From contig JAQFVV010000004.1 of NCBI GenBank assembly GCA_028023455.1, forward strand, positions 21,266,001 through 21,330,000: a stretch of 64,000 nucleotides of DNA, read 5' to 3'. Of the stretch, positions 25,279-38,949 are shown one piece after another. The stretch comes from Epiperipatus broadwayi. Lineage: Eukaryota > Animalia > Onychophora. A program made the translations under genes and the position numbers. The notes under the pieces were generated by a model, which saw only the letters and a program-made list of their open reading frames with translations, was not told the origin of the DNA and made no database searches. Numbering within the stretch: position 1 is the stretch's first letter; every line of letters begins with the position of its first letter.

Positions 25279-25551
25279 GCAATATATGTAATTATATAAT
25301 TTAATATTTATAAATACAATAATCAGATATATTTTTAAAATTTTATTCACTTAGGAGCATTTTCGACTATCCTTGTAGTCTTTGTCAAATTTTATCCACT
25401 TAAGAGTGCTTTAGACTATCCTCATAGTTTTTGTCTAAATTGACAAAGACTACGAGGATAGTCGAAAGCGCTCCTAAGTGGATAAATTTTTTAAAATATG
25501 TCTGATTACTGTATTTATAAATATTCAATTATATAATTATATATATATTGC
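25279..25551. repeat. Fold-back element with an internal ~50-bp tandem unit carrying an HHR-like core
   Basis: Arms at about 25279-25389 and 25438-25551 are reverse complements. 25390-25437 is a second copy of the inner 50 bp. 25440-25473 reads TTGACAA-A-GACTA-CGAGGA-TAGTC-GAAA-GCGC-TC. Confidence 0.85.
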
Positions 25552-25599
25552 CATCTTTAGTTCCTAGTAAAAATGCATTGTTTCCTTGTTTATGTAGGA

Positions 25600-28500
25600 T
25601 TTCAAAAGGGCCATCATAGAAGAAAAAAATTCCTGTATACATTTATCTATGATTTGCTTACCATTGGTGTCCTTATCAATATATAGTCACCAACATCAAA
25701 TTCACAAGAGTTACTATTACTTTGAGTCTGTTGTGGTTGACACATTTTCATCAAATTACTTCCAGCCTTATTCCAGTCATTTTCTTTATTTACAACATCT
25801 GGCATAACAGGATCTGATGTTTTTTATTGACCAACTCTTTCCATAATGAATCTGTAGAGGGGTAAACCTGGGGATACACACACAGTTCAATTCATATATA
25901 TAACCATCATATTTACTTATTTCATCCATCCTCAATGGTTCTTGGTGTTCAAAAAAAGTCATGAAAAGTCAATTGAGCCTGCACATAACACTCTCACATG
26001 AATTTGACTGAGGGTTATGCACCAATATTGTGTTGACTGCATTTTGTTCTAACCACATTTTCCATTCACCTGATGTGAATAGAGTACCATGGCCAGTAAA
26101 AAATGTTTTTGGATTTTTCCACAATAAGAATTTGTTTATCTCATAGAATTCTAACAGTTGCATTAGCATCTGCCTTCCTGGTGGGGTATGCAGATTTAAA
26201 AAATACATCATACACCACCAACTATCTAAACTGTCTAAATGCTGGATTTATTGGATTCCTGTGGAAAAACTGGATGGGGCATTCCAGCATAGGATTTGTT
26301 TGAGATTTAGCCTTTAAATAGATTTTACAGATTTGTAATGCAATCAATATCTGCATGTATACCCCTAAGCAATAAAATAACTTACACAAATTATGTTACA
26401 GCTTTCTAGAAACACAATGGCCACATAAGTAATATACATACCTAAACAATTTACTTCTGATGCCTTCTGGTATTAGTACTTTCCATGGGTTTTCTTTATA
26501 ATTAGTTTTACATAATAATTTTATATAAGCATTTTTTTTTTTAAATTTTATAATGGATGGCATGATGATAGCTATCTAAGACATAAAACAATGTTATGAT
26601 ATTAGAAATCATCCTCCTGTAGTTTATTCAGACATTTTAGATCTTCCTTTAATGAGTCACTCAGTTAATGACACAGCTGTAAGAACTAAATGATCTATAT
26701 TTATGTGTTTAAGATATTTTAGCTGGTTGATGACTTAGGACAACCACTATTATATTTTCTTCTTTCCTGAACAATACTTACCTTATATTGAAATTTTTGA
26801 AAGAATAAGCTCCATCTGATGAGACAATCGTTATTCCAAATAATATCTATTCAGAAACTCCAAGCATTTGTGGCAAAGTAATAAGAATTATTTTAGAACC
26901 AAGTAGAAAATGCTTAAATTTTTTGATTGCTCAAATTACTGCAAGGACTTCTTTCTTATTTATTATATAATTAAACTCAGATCTTTTTGATGGCTAATGA
27001 ATTATAAAACTTGAATTGAGTACCCCTAATTTGAAACACCAAGCATAAACCAGACCTACTACTATCTGTTTGAATGTAAAGGGTCCAGGAAAAATCAGGA
27101 TAGGCTTATATAACCTGATTTAGGAGCGTAGCTTGGAAACTTTGAAATTGTTGTATATATTTTCTGGACCAATTCCACTGACATTCTTTACTAAGTAATT
27201 TGCAAAAAGACTTTGTATCTTATTCTCATAAAATTTATGATAAAAATTGCATAGTCCAGAATATTGTTTCCTAAATCTAAGTGCTAGAATGTTTTCAATT
27301 GCACTGATTTTATCAGGGTGAGGACAGATTCCTTTTTGTCTACAAGATGACCCCAAAAGTAATTTCATGAATTATGACAGTACTCTTTTAGATTAATCTT
27401 GATATTCTTCACAAAACATTCTTCCAAAAATAGCTGTAAATGATGCTGCTTCTGATTTTCTGAGATGATCACCACATCTCTTCACTTTCTCTTATAGTAC
27501 TCAATCAAAACATCTTAGGAGTCTGGCATCACTATTAACAAGACTAAAGAGCATATGCTTGAAGACGTATATATAATCCTAATATTTGAAAGCTATGTAT
27601 TTTTGATCTTGGGATGCAGGAGTATCTTCCAGTAGCTTGAAGTCGGATCAAAGATCGAGAAGACTGATTTAATGTTAAATCATATCAAAATATCATTAAT
27701 AGATGGAAGCACATCCCTCTTTGGTGGAGTGATAATAATTAATTTTCTTGCATGAACCATATCTTTTTTCACAATAACCAGAAAATTGTTATAGTGTAAT
27801 GGAAACTTCTCTACAACACCCCATTCCATCATTTGTTGTATTTGTGATTCAACTTCTCTATATTGGTTTGTATGGAATATAACTTCTTTGAAACTGTTCT
27901 TGTTTTACTCATATTATGTAAATATATTCACTTATAGCACCTGGTTGGGTTGAAAAAACATCTGCATAAGTCATAAAAGTTTTTCTGTCTTTCCATAATA
28001 TGTTGAGGACAACACATCAGATTTTTTAAATTTATATTTCAATATCCATCTCTGGGATTTTTATGCATTAATATTGCTAATAGGGCTCACAATAATCTCA
28101 TTGAATTATTTCCATTATAATTTAAGACGTGTTGAAACATAAAGTCCAATCTCAGGATAGTTTCAAATATCAAACCATGTAAAAACAAAAATGCACATTC
28201 TGTAGATAAATTACCAATTTGTAGGCTTATTCATGTTTGTTAGATTCCAGGTTAACACATTTCCTATTGGCTAAACTAATATATGAATGAGAATTTTTAC
28301 TTCAGCATTTAGTCACCTCTGACATAATAGATACCTAACTTCCAATATTGATTAATGACTGCATATTTATTTCTTCTTTCTTCATTAACAACATTGGACA
28401 GGCATGCTTCTCTTGAAATGGAAAATCATTACCATCATCAAAGATTATATTAAATAATATTCCTACACTTCATTATCATATTCAATGTTCCTTCTTTTTT

Positions 28501-31200
28501 CTGGAGAACTCTGAAGAGAAAAACTCCCATCAATGTTCTCATTTTCCTGACACTAGATTGACCCTTCTGGCAATGTTGACTCACCATTGTTTCGGATTGA
28601 TGTTTTCCTAGTGTTTCTTTTCTCCGTGGCTTCTGAAAATAAGATTTATCTTGAAATGGAAGTGTTTTTCTTCTTCTTTCTCTAGGTGTTGCATAATATC
28701 TATGACCCGGTGTGTGATTAAATCTTTGCTATTCAGATCTTCTGAAATTTATTGCAAAGATTTGAATTGCACAAAGGCATAACACAGAGAAACTAGGGCT
28801 AACTTGCCCACAAAACTGGCCCAACATAATTACTTACATAACAGGGCAAAAAGAAACAATGAATATTTATCAATATTTTGGAAGCTACAATCAGGTCATG
28901 AATTTGATCTCTCTAAAGCAGACATTATGCACTGACAGAGTGACAATTGAAAGAGAAACATGAAAAAGGCATGGACTATATAGCCAAAGACAATCACACA
29001 TTAAATAAAAAGGAGCTAGCATCCCTCTATCCAAAAAAAATGGTCTCTATAACATCTTTTACATAGATTTGAATATAAATAAAACCACAAATACAATTTT
29101 ATGCAAATCTGATAAACAATAAACAAATACTTATAGGATTGAGCTTTTAGAAAATTAAATGTATAAAGCTATGACTATGATACTAATAGTATTGAAAGCA
29201 CTAAACTAGACTAAAGATATTTAAAACAACAAAAACCTTTTCTGTTTTTTAAATGGTCAACATTTATTAATTTATTACAATTAATGCACAAAAATAGATA
29301 AAGGTATTTGCACAAATGCTTATACAATGAGATTAATTACAATTATTTTTATCTGGGTAGGCATTTCCAGGTCCATGACAGCTAGTAGATCTGTCATCCT
29401 TTCAGTAGTCAAACAGTTATTAGCCAACATAATGTGTTAACTATCTGCAGGTAAATTATGCCTTATATGCAAACAATATGGCTTTCTGACAGGGAAAAGC
29501 TATAGGTCGCTTAATTGGGCCATCTGCCTAAAAAAGAAATGGTGATAAGCATTCTCCAATCCTTGTCTTGTATCTTTCTTCAGATACCTGCTACATCACA
29601 TTATCTTGATGTTGCTAACTCCAAAAGTTTAGTATTATTGTTTCTTTATACTCATCTAGTTATAGGATGGTGATACCTTGAATTCCATCAATCCTTCGCT
29701 GCACCACTCAAATAATTTATGGTTATGATATTTTTTTCATTATCTGTTAAACTACGAAATGCAAAATTAAGTACATTTCAAATAGTCCAGTGGATTTTTG
29801 TATGACCCCTTTGAAGATTTTTCACTCTTACTGGGTTGGAAAAAAACTACTGTTCATGATTGTTGCTATATTATTTAATATTTGCTTATTCACTGCCTTG
29901 TTGAAATCTAATAGCTGTTTACCATACAGGATTGTCTTTCTTCTCTATATCCATTCTGAGTAATAATGTTCTCCAGACCATGCTATATTTCAAAAGTCTC
30001 TTTGGTCCCTTTTTTCTTCAAACTTTTCTCTTTTTTCTATGACATTTCCTATCATGTCAGTCTTGAATTTTAATTATGTGTCTGTGTTATCTAATATCAT
30101 TGCATTGTAAAGTTTTAATATAACTTTTATTTCTGATTAGTGCTGATCTATTTGATGCATCATCTGTTGCTCCTATAATGTTTTATCTTTTTGCTGCAAT
30201 ATGTACTTATAATTCTTTTGCCACCATTTCAGCTATCTCATTCATTTCTTCTTTTTGTTTACTTCTGTTTTCTTGAGATTTAGTTATTTCATTATCGGTT
30301 ACAATGACTTCATGCATTTTTATCTATATATTCTTTATTTTTTTCAGAATTTCATCTTGCATATCCTTTATTTCTTCTTTTACTTGTAGATGGTTTTCTC
30401 TTCATTAGTTTCATCAGTCTATCCATCTTTAGAACCACTTGCTTTATCTCATTCTGTCCTTCTATCTTTTACTTCTCATTCTGTCTTTACTGAAATTTTT
30501 GGAAGTAACAAACTGCAAATGTTTATTGTCTATTTTCTGATTCATTTGCTCAAATTATAAATTCATCTGCTTTTGACTATTTTCTATCTGCTTTTGATTA
30601 TTTTTTATCTGTTTTAAAGATGTCTCATTTGCTTTTGTATCTATAAATCCCTCTGTTTCATCTGCTTTATCATTTCTAAATCTGTCTGTTTTTGTCAATT
30701 TTTTTTCTTCTATAATATGAACATCTGCATTCTATCTAACTATGTTGAGGCTGCCACACTCTTTTAAGGAATATCTTTACATTAAACTGTTTTTGCTCTA
30801 TTTGTTTATGTATGTCATTATCTGGATCAACACTGTCCAAACTCTCTATTTCATCTTCTTTCTTTATATTATCCCTAACTTAGCTTATTTCTAAACTTTC
30901 TTCTGCAATCATTTCCTAATCTTCTTTTTTTATCTTGTTTTCCATTTTGCATTTTCTTCATCTGCAAATTTTCTCTAATACATAATAAACTCATTATTTT
31001 CAATATATTTACAACTGGATTCACCAAATGCAGTATAACATTCCCTAAATCATTTCAGAAAAAAATACTTGAACACTATTTTCAGTCCACAAATGCCATT
31101 TTGTTTCCCCACCCCCTTTTTTTTTGGTTTGGAAATATAATTACTACAAACAGAAAAGAAATTGACTGGTTATCCATGCCACTCATCAATCTCAAGACAA
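25600..31200 (-). mobile_element. pol: Heavily degenerate Ty3/Gypsy LTR retrotransposon internal region (gag-like, RT, RNase H, integrase)
   Basis: Integrase: FTSGEWKMWLEQNAV..HNPQSNSCE (25969-26211). RNase H: KKEVLAVI*AIKKFKHFLLG (about 26890-26960). RT connection: GICPHPDKISAI..GLCNFYHKF (27120-27368). RT remnants at about 27350-27900. A charged-residue-rich gag-like region lies upstream. The order RT-RH-IN fits Gypsy. LTRs were not found. Confidence 0.85.
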
Positions 31201-31275
31201 ATGGAAGGTTACACTAGCTAAATTTAAACAAAGCCCAACTGTAAGTGCCCAAAAATTACAAATAAGATTATATAT

Positions 31276-31492
31276 ATATTAAGCAATTAAATCACCCCAC
31301 ATGGTTAAGAAATCCAGTACTGCCCTCTGTGAACTAATATATAAATACATTATTCATATTTCAAAATAGCCAGATCAGGTATCATTTTGATCTGGCTATT
31401 TTGAAATACGAACTCTAATGTATTTATATATTAGTTCACAGAGGGCAGTACTGGATTTCTTAACCATGTGGGGTGATTTAATTGCTTAATAT
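31276..31492. repeat. Near-perfect ~217-bp palindrome (~100-bp arms, 10-bp loop)
   Basis: ttaagcaattaaatcaccccacatggttaagaaatccagtactgccctctgtgaact.. is mirrored exactly apart from one small indel/mismatch patch. Confidence 0.95.
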
Positions 31493-31545
31493 TTGTATAT
31501 TTATTTCAGTATAGCGTTATGCACTGGGATTATTTTATATATATA

Positions 31546-31752
31546 TTTAAACAATATTTTCTTTAATAGGATGATGATGACCACTACAGAATCCCTATTT
31601 GCAATACCTAGCTAGACCACATAGAAACAAGGTACTCCCAATAAAATGGACATGGAATGAATATGCAGACCAGACAATATTACATATGAAGAAATTAACA
31701 CATTATTTAAACAAATAACCACATCAGTTTTTTATAAAATATAAATGTCAGT
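31546..31752. repeat. Dispersed repeat family C, copy 3
   Basis: Homologous to 10499-10720. Confidence 0.85.
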
Positions 31753-32280
31753 ATTTATTAAGATATTTATTTGATTAAATAATATTAGGGAAAAACAAAT
31801 CTAAGAAGAGATGTAAATCAAAAATGTTTGCTTATTTCCAATTTAATATGCATATAATTAAATATGTTGTTTTGATAAGGACATTTCCTGTTAATATGGT
31901 AGTGTTTGCAAATAATGAGAATAGGCTTAATAAAATATTATGCAATATCGAAAGAGCTTATTGGGAAGTTTGGTAAAATCAGTAAAAATGGAGAGTGAGA
32001 AAGAAATAACAATAGAAACATATGACAGAAAGTATAAAACAGGTTTTAAATATTTGAAAATTAATAAAAAAAATTAGAGTAAGTAAATATTGCAAGACTT
32101 AATTTATCTTCTTCACTAATAGTTCATAATCTATATGTTGCACTTTAAATGCACATCAGTGAAGCTATTTTTTAATACTTTCTAGCTTAGCGCTTTCAGG
32201 AGTTACATGTTACAATATTCATAGCTTGTGCTAACAATGATTTTGTATTATTTTGTGCAATGTTGATGTATGCAAATTGT

Positions 32281-33230
32281 CTAGACTGCCCATTTGTTAG
32301 AAATTGAGAGGCAAACATTCTTCCTACTGATGGCATTAGGGTTGTCTGCTATGAAACATGCCTCTTTTACTTTGCGTTTGACATCATTGTGCTCAGAGCC
32401 CACAATCTCAGCTATAGATTTGAATGTATGACCAGAAGCTTTTTGATGTTCCAAAAATATTGAGTTGCCTTCAGATTTGATTTGTGACATTGTATACATA
32501 TCTGTGTTGTGATATTCTGGTAGCCAGTGTTGCATGTGTCTCACCCTAGTATGTTGCCCTGCAACCTATTTGAGAGCATATCATCTTGTACACCATTTGT
32601 GGGGTTTGGTCCAATGCAATATTATCTTTTGAATTATTGATCAGCCTGTTGGCAGCTGGTGGAGTGTGAAAACTTACCTTGAAATCAATGGCATGTTTTT
32701 TAAGCAATTTTTTGCCCACATTAAGTATGTACGGCAATAGCATACATGGTTTGTCTTCTTTGATCTGGTTAGCTCCTAAATTGTTGTAAAACTGCTTAAT
32801 TCTCCTATTGATGGTTCTTTGTTTGAATCCAACCTTCACCAGGTCTCTGAGATAGTGTGTTAAGTTGTTTTTTCTGTCTGCTTCAAATCTGCATAAGTGG
32901 TGGTTTCTGAAGAGGAAAGTTGACAGACCAGCCAATTTGTGTGTTAATGGTGAATTTGAGTATGGATGGATATAACCTCTTATATCTGACCCTGTTTTTC
33001 GTCTTCCCATATACCATTTAGTGTTAATTTTGTGAGTGCTTGGAGGTCATTCTGAATGCTTGTGGTTATGTTTTCAGGTGCAGATATAAATAAATCATCC
33101 ACATAACATGTGTAAACCATTTTAGGTGCTGAGGTATAGTATTTGAGAAGAACTTATTTCTCGTAGTGAATGAGAAAAATGCTTGTTATTATTTCACTCA
33201 TCAGGAGACCATGGGCATATTTCAATGACT
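32281..33230 (-). mobile_element. Penelope-like element fragment (RT C-terminal half + GIY-YIG endonuclease), pseudogenised
   Basis: YVDDLF at about 33090-33110; YIHPYSNSP thumb; LLPYI..VGKKL; VYKMICSQIGCRATY (GIY-YIG); KRKVKEACFI. Confidence 0.88.
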
Positions 33231-36200
33231 AATCAGATTTTTAATGGAGTTTTTTACTATTTTAAGATGTACTAAATTAGATCTGAAAAAAAAAGGCTTA
33301 TTGTAAATTTTGTTTAAAATATAACTATATATGGCAGGAAATGCAATTATGAAAAATAAAATAGAAAGTTAAACTGAAAAGACAATATAAACAGTGGAAA
33401 TGTGTTAAAAAGATTAAATGGTAAAAAACTGAAACAAAGGCAGTAGAATATTAAAAGTTAGCTGATGAGCTTGGAAGTATTTATAAGTATTAATATTTTA
33501 AGAATAAATAGCAGAGTAACTATGTCACTGATATTAAGACTTAAATAACTTCCATGAATGCTTCCTAATTACAAAATATTATTTGATCACAATATGATTA
33601 CTGCTATTTTGATTTACATTATGCATCTGATAATAGTGAGAGAGTTGAGAATTTAAAATTTTTGGTGTTTGTTCATTACATGATCTGCTGAGTAAATAAG
33701 CTTTTAATTTAAGACTGTTGAAAAAAATAGTTCAATCCTGATGTTGTATATTAATAAATAACATTAAATGTGGATTTCACTATTGCAGAAATACTTCAAC
33801 AATCTTTAAGGGATTAAATGATTAATTCATTTTTAAGCATTATCAATACTAGTCTCATCATAAATTTTACAATTCAGTACTAGAATATAAGTATATAATC
33901 TATATATATGCCTCCTAACTACAAAACATTTGTTAATCATAGTATAATTAATTATTATTCTGATTAACAAGAATCATCTGATAACAAATATAAAAAAGGC
34001 AAGAAATAAAGTTAATGGTAAATCTATTACAAAATTGAGTATTAAAAAATATTTGATCAATCAAGATATTTAGAAAACTTTTCACAAATATATATATTTA
34101 TTTCTCAAGGCATATGTAAACTCACTTTTAATAAATGTTATTACATATATACATTTTGAATGTAATGTCGTGTTTTAAAATAAAATAAAAAAGACTGCTG
34201 TGTTTAATCAATAAAAATAATTTGAAAGTTAATTCTTGATGCATTTAAAAGCTGCTGATTAATTAAAATCGACCTTTTCTAAAAACCAATATTCTCTCTT
34301 CTTAATCTGTTATTAAGAAGGATTTACTTTCAGTATTGGCAATTTATATTTTATTTACAATATCCGAGATCAATCTAACACAAGATTAAAGAGTAATTAC
34401 TCAGCCATAATTAACTACAGCAAGTTTATCAAAGACCTATCGTCTTAAAATCTCTTCAATAATGTCTATCAATAAGAAAGCTATTACTTATAAAATTATT
34501 TGGTTATCAAATTAAAGAAATTTTGCAAAAATTTTTTATTTTGTTTTGATTGTTCTAAAAATAACTAATAGTTTTGTAATGTATATATAATTATTAAAAG
34601 TTTATAAAATTATAATAAAATGTTATTATTGTTTTTAATGTACATATTTAATTCAAACTTTTTGTTTTATATTTTAAATGTTAATAGGTAATCGTTTTTA
34701 ATTAAATAATAATGAAGTCTGTGACATAAAGCCACTTTAGTGGTAAGATTTACAGCATATACAATTTAAATCTAAACAAAACTGCTAAACAAACTGAAAC
34801 AGTGTTCAAACAGATAGCAAAAAAAAAAAAAACAATCAATCAATTTAATATTAATATATAAAAATAATAGTTATACATATATAATATTTATTTAATTAAA
34901 GTATAAAGCTTATTTAAAATACAAATATTAAATCTAATTATATTTATTAGCAATTACTGCATTACATGTGCATATAGATTTAATTTCATTATTTATTAAG
35001 CCATATGTACATTAACATCTGCGCAGAAATGTCAATTGAGTAGCTAAGCCACGTTTTGATACAATTTATTTTAGCATTTGAATTTTACCACTAGATGATA
35101 AACTTTACATTATTAAATATATATAAAGTATACTTTTGAAAATTATAATAATGAATCATTATAATTGCCAAATAATGTCTGTAAATATTTTCAATATGAG
35201 CTAACAGCTTTAGTTTTTTATATAATAAAACATTATAATTTTACATGATATTACAAATATATTACGACCCTGTCTAACTAATATAACTTTCCTTATACAT
35301 TTCAAATTAATACAATGACATTTTGTATTATAAAATATTTACATCATTTTTTTTTTGTCTAAATTATCTAATAAAAAAAATTTACTACATCTTTTCTAGT
35401 TATAAAGTTTGATATTACAAACTTATCACTAAAGGAATATAAGAAAATAAAATGGTAAGATTCACAATGAATCCATGACTATGAGTAATACAAAATAGAA
35501 TGATCCTCTCCTACTGAGATGAGTTCTACAAAATAAAATGATACATCTAGATATATAAGCTGGCCTTTTTGTAAAATCTAAATTATTTCAAGCACTTTTT
35601 TTTCCAGGTTTGAAATTTTCTAAAAAGTATTAAAATCTAGAAATTTCAATTTAAAAATATAATAAAGCAGATGTTTATTTTTATATTTACTTATGCTAAT
35701 ATGTTCTGTACTAATAAAAACATTTTAACTAAAATCTAGATGAATTTTTAATGCTATCTACATCACTGAGTAAAAATAAAGTAAAATAGATAACACTGAA
35801 CAATTCTATAGACTAAACGAAGATGAAAAACCTGATTCAAGAATGAAAAGTGAAAAAGCTAGCTGCCATATTTAATAGTATTTATTACTAAGTTATTTAA
35901 AGTATTTTATTATAGTATTATATCAGTGCTTATCACATGCAATTAACTGCAACTTGACTCTTATTAATGGACTTTTAATATTTTAATTTAAAATCTTTTC
36001 AAAAATAGACTAGATTAACCAATAAAACATGCTATTTAAGATAAACACTTTTAACAGCCTTTTGTTTAAAGCTACTTTAAATATTTAATATTTAAAAATA
36101 TGCTAAAATGTCTGAAAATAGACATCACTGTAACTTAACGGTAGCCAATATGGTAGCCAATATGTTATAGTCCATTTGTCAATTTTTTCATCTAAGAATT

Positions 36201-36419
36201 CATATACATCATTCAACTTTTGCACTATTATTCAATTTTTGAATAATGTTTTTTAAAGTGAAAAAAAATGTAAAATTTAAATATTGCTTACTTTAATGAA
36301 ATTTCTGAACCTCTTTTACAATTCCAAAATTTTACTGCATAGAGAGTTAAGCAAAGCATTTTTCAAATTTGAATCCATCGGATATGATATTCTACATTGC
36401 ATGGAAAAATAAAAGAATG

Positions 36420-38390
36420 CCAAAAGAAGAAGCTTGCTAACCTACACGGGCATATCAAAAATCACAATGTACTAACTTTATCTGTTTAAAATCTCAGTTC
36501 TAAACATCTAACAGATACTGAAATTTCTGTTCTTGAAAGAGGATTAAACTTTGCCATAACACTATCTAATATCCTTTTATTAGATGTAATGGTAGCCACT
36601 GAGGATGTCGTTCAAAAATTGCCTTTGGAAGAAGTAGCAGAATTACACTGGAGAATAAAAAGAACACTTGACAAGGAACAAAAATTGAAGTCAAACATAT
36701 CCTATGGTGAGAGGAAAGCAATTAAACTCTCAAAGCAGATAAATCTATAATTATTCTCCTTGCTGACAAAGGCAATGCAACAGTTGTAATCGATACAAAT
36801 GATTATGACAACAAAATACAAGAACTCCTCACAGCAGGCCAATACAGAAAAGTGGCAAAAAATCCAATACCGAGTACAGAAACAAAGTTACAAGCATTTC
36901 TCAGAAAGGATCACAAGTACTTCAATGATTCAGAAAAAAGTAAAATAACATATTTCAGCAAAATTCTTCATCTTTATGGTCTACCTAAAATCCATAAGGA
37001 TCATGTTCCATTAAGACCTATTGTTAGTTCTAGAAATTCATCTTGCCAAAATTTGGCAAGATTTCTTCTCAAAGTTCTAAGTCCTTTGGCATACAAGACC
37101 CAGTCCTTTGTCAGAGATTCTAAACACTTTGTAGAATTAATCAAGAACATGAAAATTGAAAAAACTGACTTACTGGTAAGCTTTGATGTGGAAAGTTTAT
37201 TTACGAATGTATCATGTGAAGAAGCATTGTCTATTATAAGAAAAAGATTAAATGGTGATAATAGTTTACAAACCACAATAGGTCTTCCTGTTGATAGTAT
37301 AATGGAACTATGAACATTCTGCATAAAAACAATCTACTTTCAATATAACATAGAATTCTTCTAAAATGGCCCTGGGTTCACCATTGTCTCCTCTGATTAG
37401 CAATATTTACATGGAAGAACTTGAAACCTTAGCCATAAAAACTATTCCATATCCACCTAACCTTTGGCTTTGCTATGTGTATGATACATTTGTTGTATGG
37501 CCACATGGTGAAGTACTGCTACAAACTTTCTGGAAACACATCAACAATATATCCCCTTCAATGAAATTCACAACAGAACAAGAACAAAAATTGGCATTCT
37601 TAGATGTTCTTGTGACAAGACTCCCTCATGGCAAAATCGAAACTAGTTTATCAAAAACCTACACCTACAGGAAAATACCAAGTCTATACATCCAATCACA
37701 CCAGAAACAGAAAACATGGAGTTAAACTATCACTATGGAACAGAGCAAAAGAAATTTGTTCAGAAACCAGCAATTTGGAAAAAGAAAAGATCTATATAGA
37801 ACAAACTCTTATGAAAAATGGATATCCATTAGCTGTTATTAAGAAAACTTTAAATAGACAAAAAGAACCACCAAGAGAAAAGACAATTATTGGTGCTCAT
37901 ACATTCCAAAAATGGCAGACACATTAAGGAAAATCTGCAATCAGTATAATATCAGAATAGCTTTCCAGAGCCATACCACCCTACGAGAAATTCTAACATC
38001 TACAAAGCCTAAACTTGAAATGATGAAAAGTAAAAAAAAACTGCATCTATAAAATACCATGTGAATGTGGGAGAACATATATTGGTGAGACCAATCATCA
38101 CATTAAAAAGCACTTGCAAAAACACAAACTGATGATTAGAAGAGAAAAAACAGATGTGTCTAAGGTAGCAGAACATGTATGTGCCAATAAACATATGTTC
38201 AACTGGGAAAATACAAAAATATTGGATAGAAAAGAAAAGGTACAAAGAAAATTTAAAGAAGCTGCTCACATGACAATGGCAAAAAATCCCATAAGCCAAC
38301 CCAGTGTGACTATACATAATGTATGGAAACCACTAAAAAACATTGCTCTTACGAAAAAGTGGAGAAATCAGGAAGAAGCTCATAAATAAG
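36420..38390 (+). mobile_element. Penelope/Poseidon-like element ORF (RT + GIY-YIG), 5'-truncated and frameshifted
   Basis: Motifs in order: NLSSKHLTDTEISVLERGLNFA, ADKGNATVV, YGLPKIHKDHVPLRPIVS, LVSFDVESLFT, MALGSPLSP, YVYDTFVVW, IYKIPCECGRTYIGET, RKFKEAAHM. Confidence 0.95.
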
Positions 38391-38418
38391 TATATGAAAT
38401 TACTACACTGTTGCCATT

Positions 38419-38500
38419 GGCAGGATGGCTCAGTTGGTTAGAGTGTTACCTTAAAAATTCAAATCAAGAATCTAAGGATTCAGGTTCAAATCCCATGCTA
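38419..38500 (+). promoter_or_regulatory. tRNA-derived segment (Pol III A and B boxes) in the 3' region of the Penelope element
   Basis: A box TGGCTCAGTTGG with D-arm GCTC/GAGT at 38426-38444; B box GGTTCAAATCC at 38483-38493. No intact cloverleaf. Confidence 0.7.
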
Positions 38501-38521
38501 GTACTGTCACTGGTCAGGTCA

Positions 38522-38570
38522 GCAACACCTAAAGAAGAAGGGAGACTAATACCTCTCGAAACATTGTGCA
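38522..38570 (+). ncRNA. Degenerate minimal hammerhead motif of the PLE terminal repeat
   Basis: Reads CAC-CTAAAGA-AGAA-GGGAG-actaatac-CTCTC-GAAA-CATT-GTG. Restoring two G to A changes gives CTGAAGA..GAAACGTT, the palindromic minimal PLE-type HHR. Confidence 0.6.
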
Positions 38571-38949
38571 TATACTAATCAGTTTGATGTGTTATTACTA
38601 ATAGTTGAATGTATTTGGAATATTTAAATAAAGAAGTTAAATTTTTCTAAAGACATTCAATACATATATTATTAGATGATGGAAATAGTCCAATATAAAA
38701 ATATAACTAATTTTACATATATTTCAGTTACATTTGTATTTTTGTTTAAATACATATTTCACATGTGTTATTAATTAGATGATATCACTAGTTCTCCATT
38801 TATACAAATTCTAAATCTTTCTGATATAGTTCATTAGTTCTTTGTAATTCTTTACTATTTCCTAAAAACCAGATTTACAATGAAATTCAAAGTGCATACA
38901 GCATAAATGTTGCTACTCTTATTTTTTGAGTTGAGTTTCTCTGATATGC

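Noticed and set aside
31234-31252. PBS-like TGGGCACTTACAGTTGGGC (minus) upstream of the Gypsy gag
   Set aside because: Too diverged from a tRNA 3' complement, and no adjacent LTR end.
32110-32200. HHR-like CTGATG..TGCA/TGCA downstream of the minus-strand Penelope fragment
   Set aside because: A9 and GAAA are missing. The position is plausible but the motif is too decayed to call.
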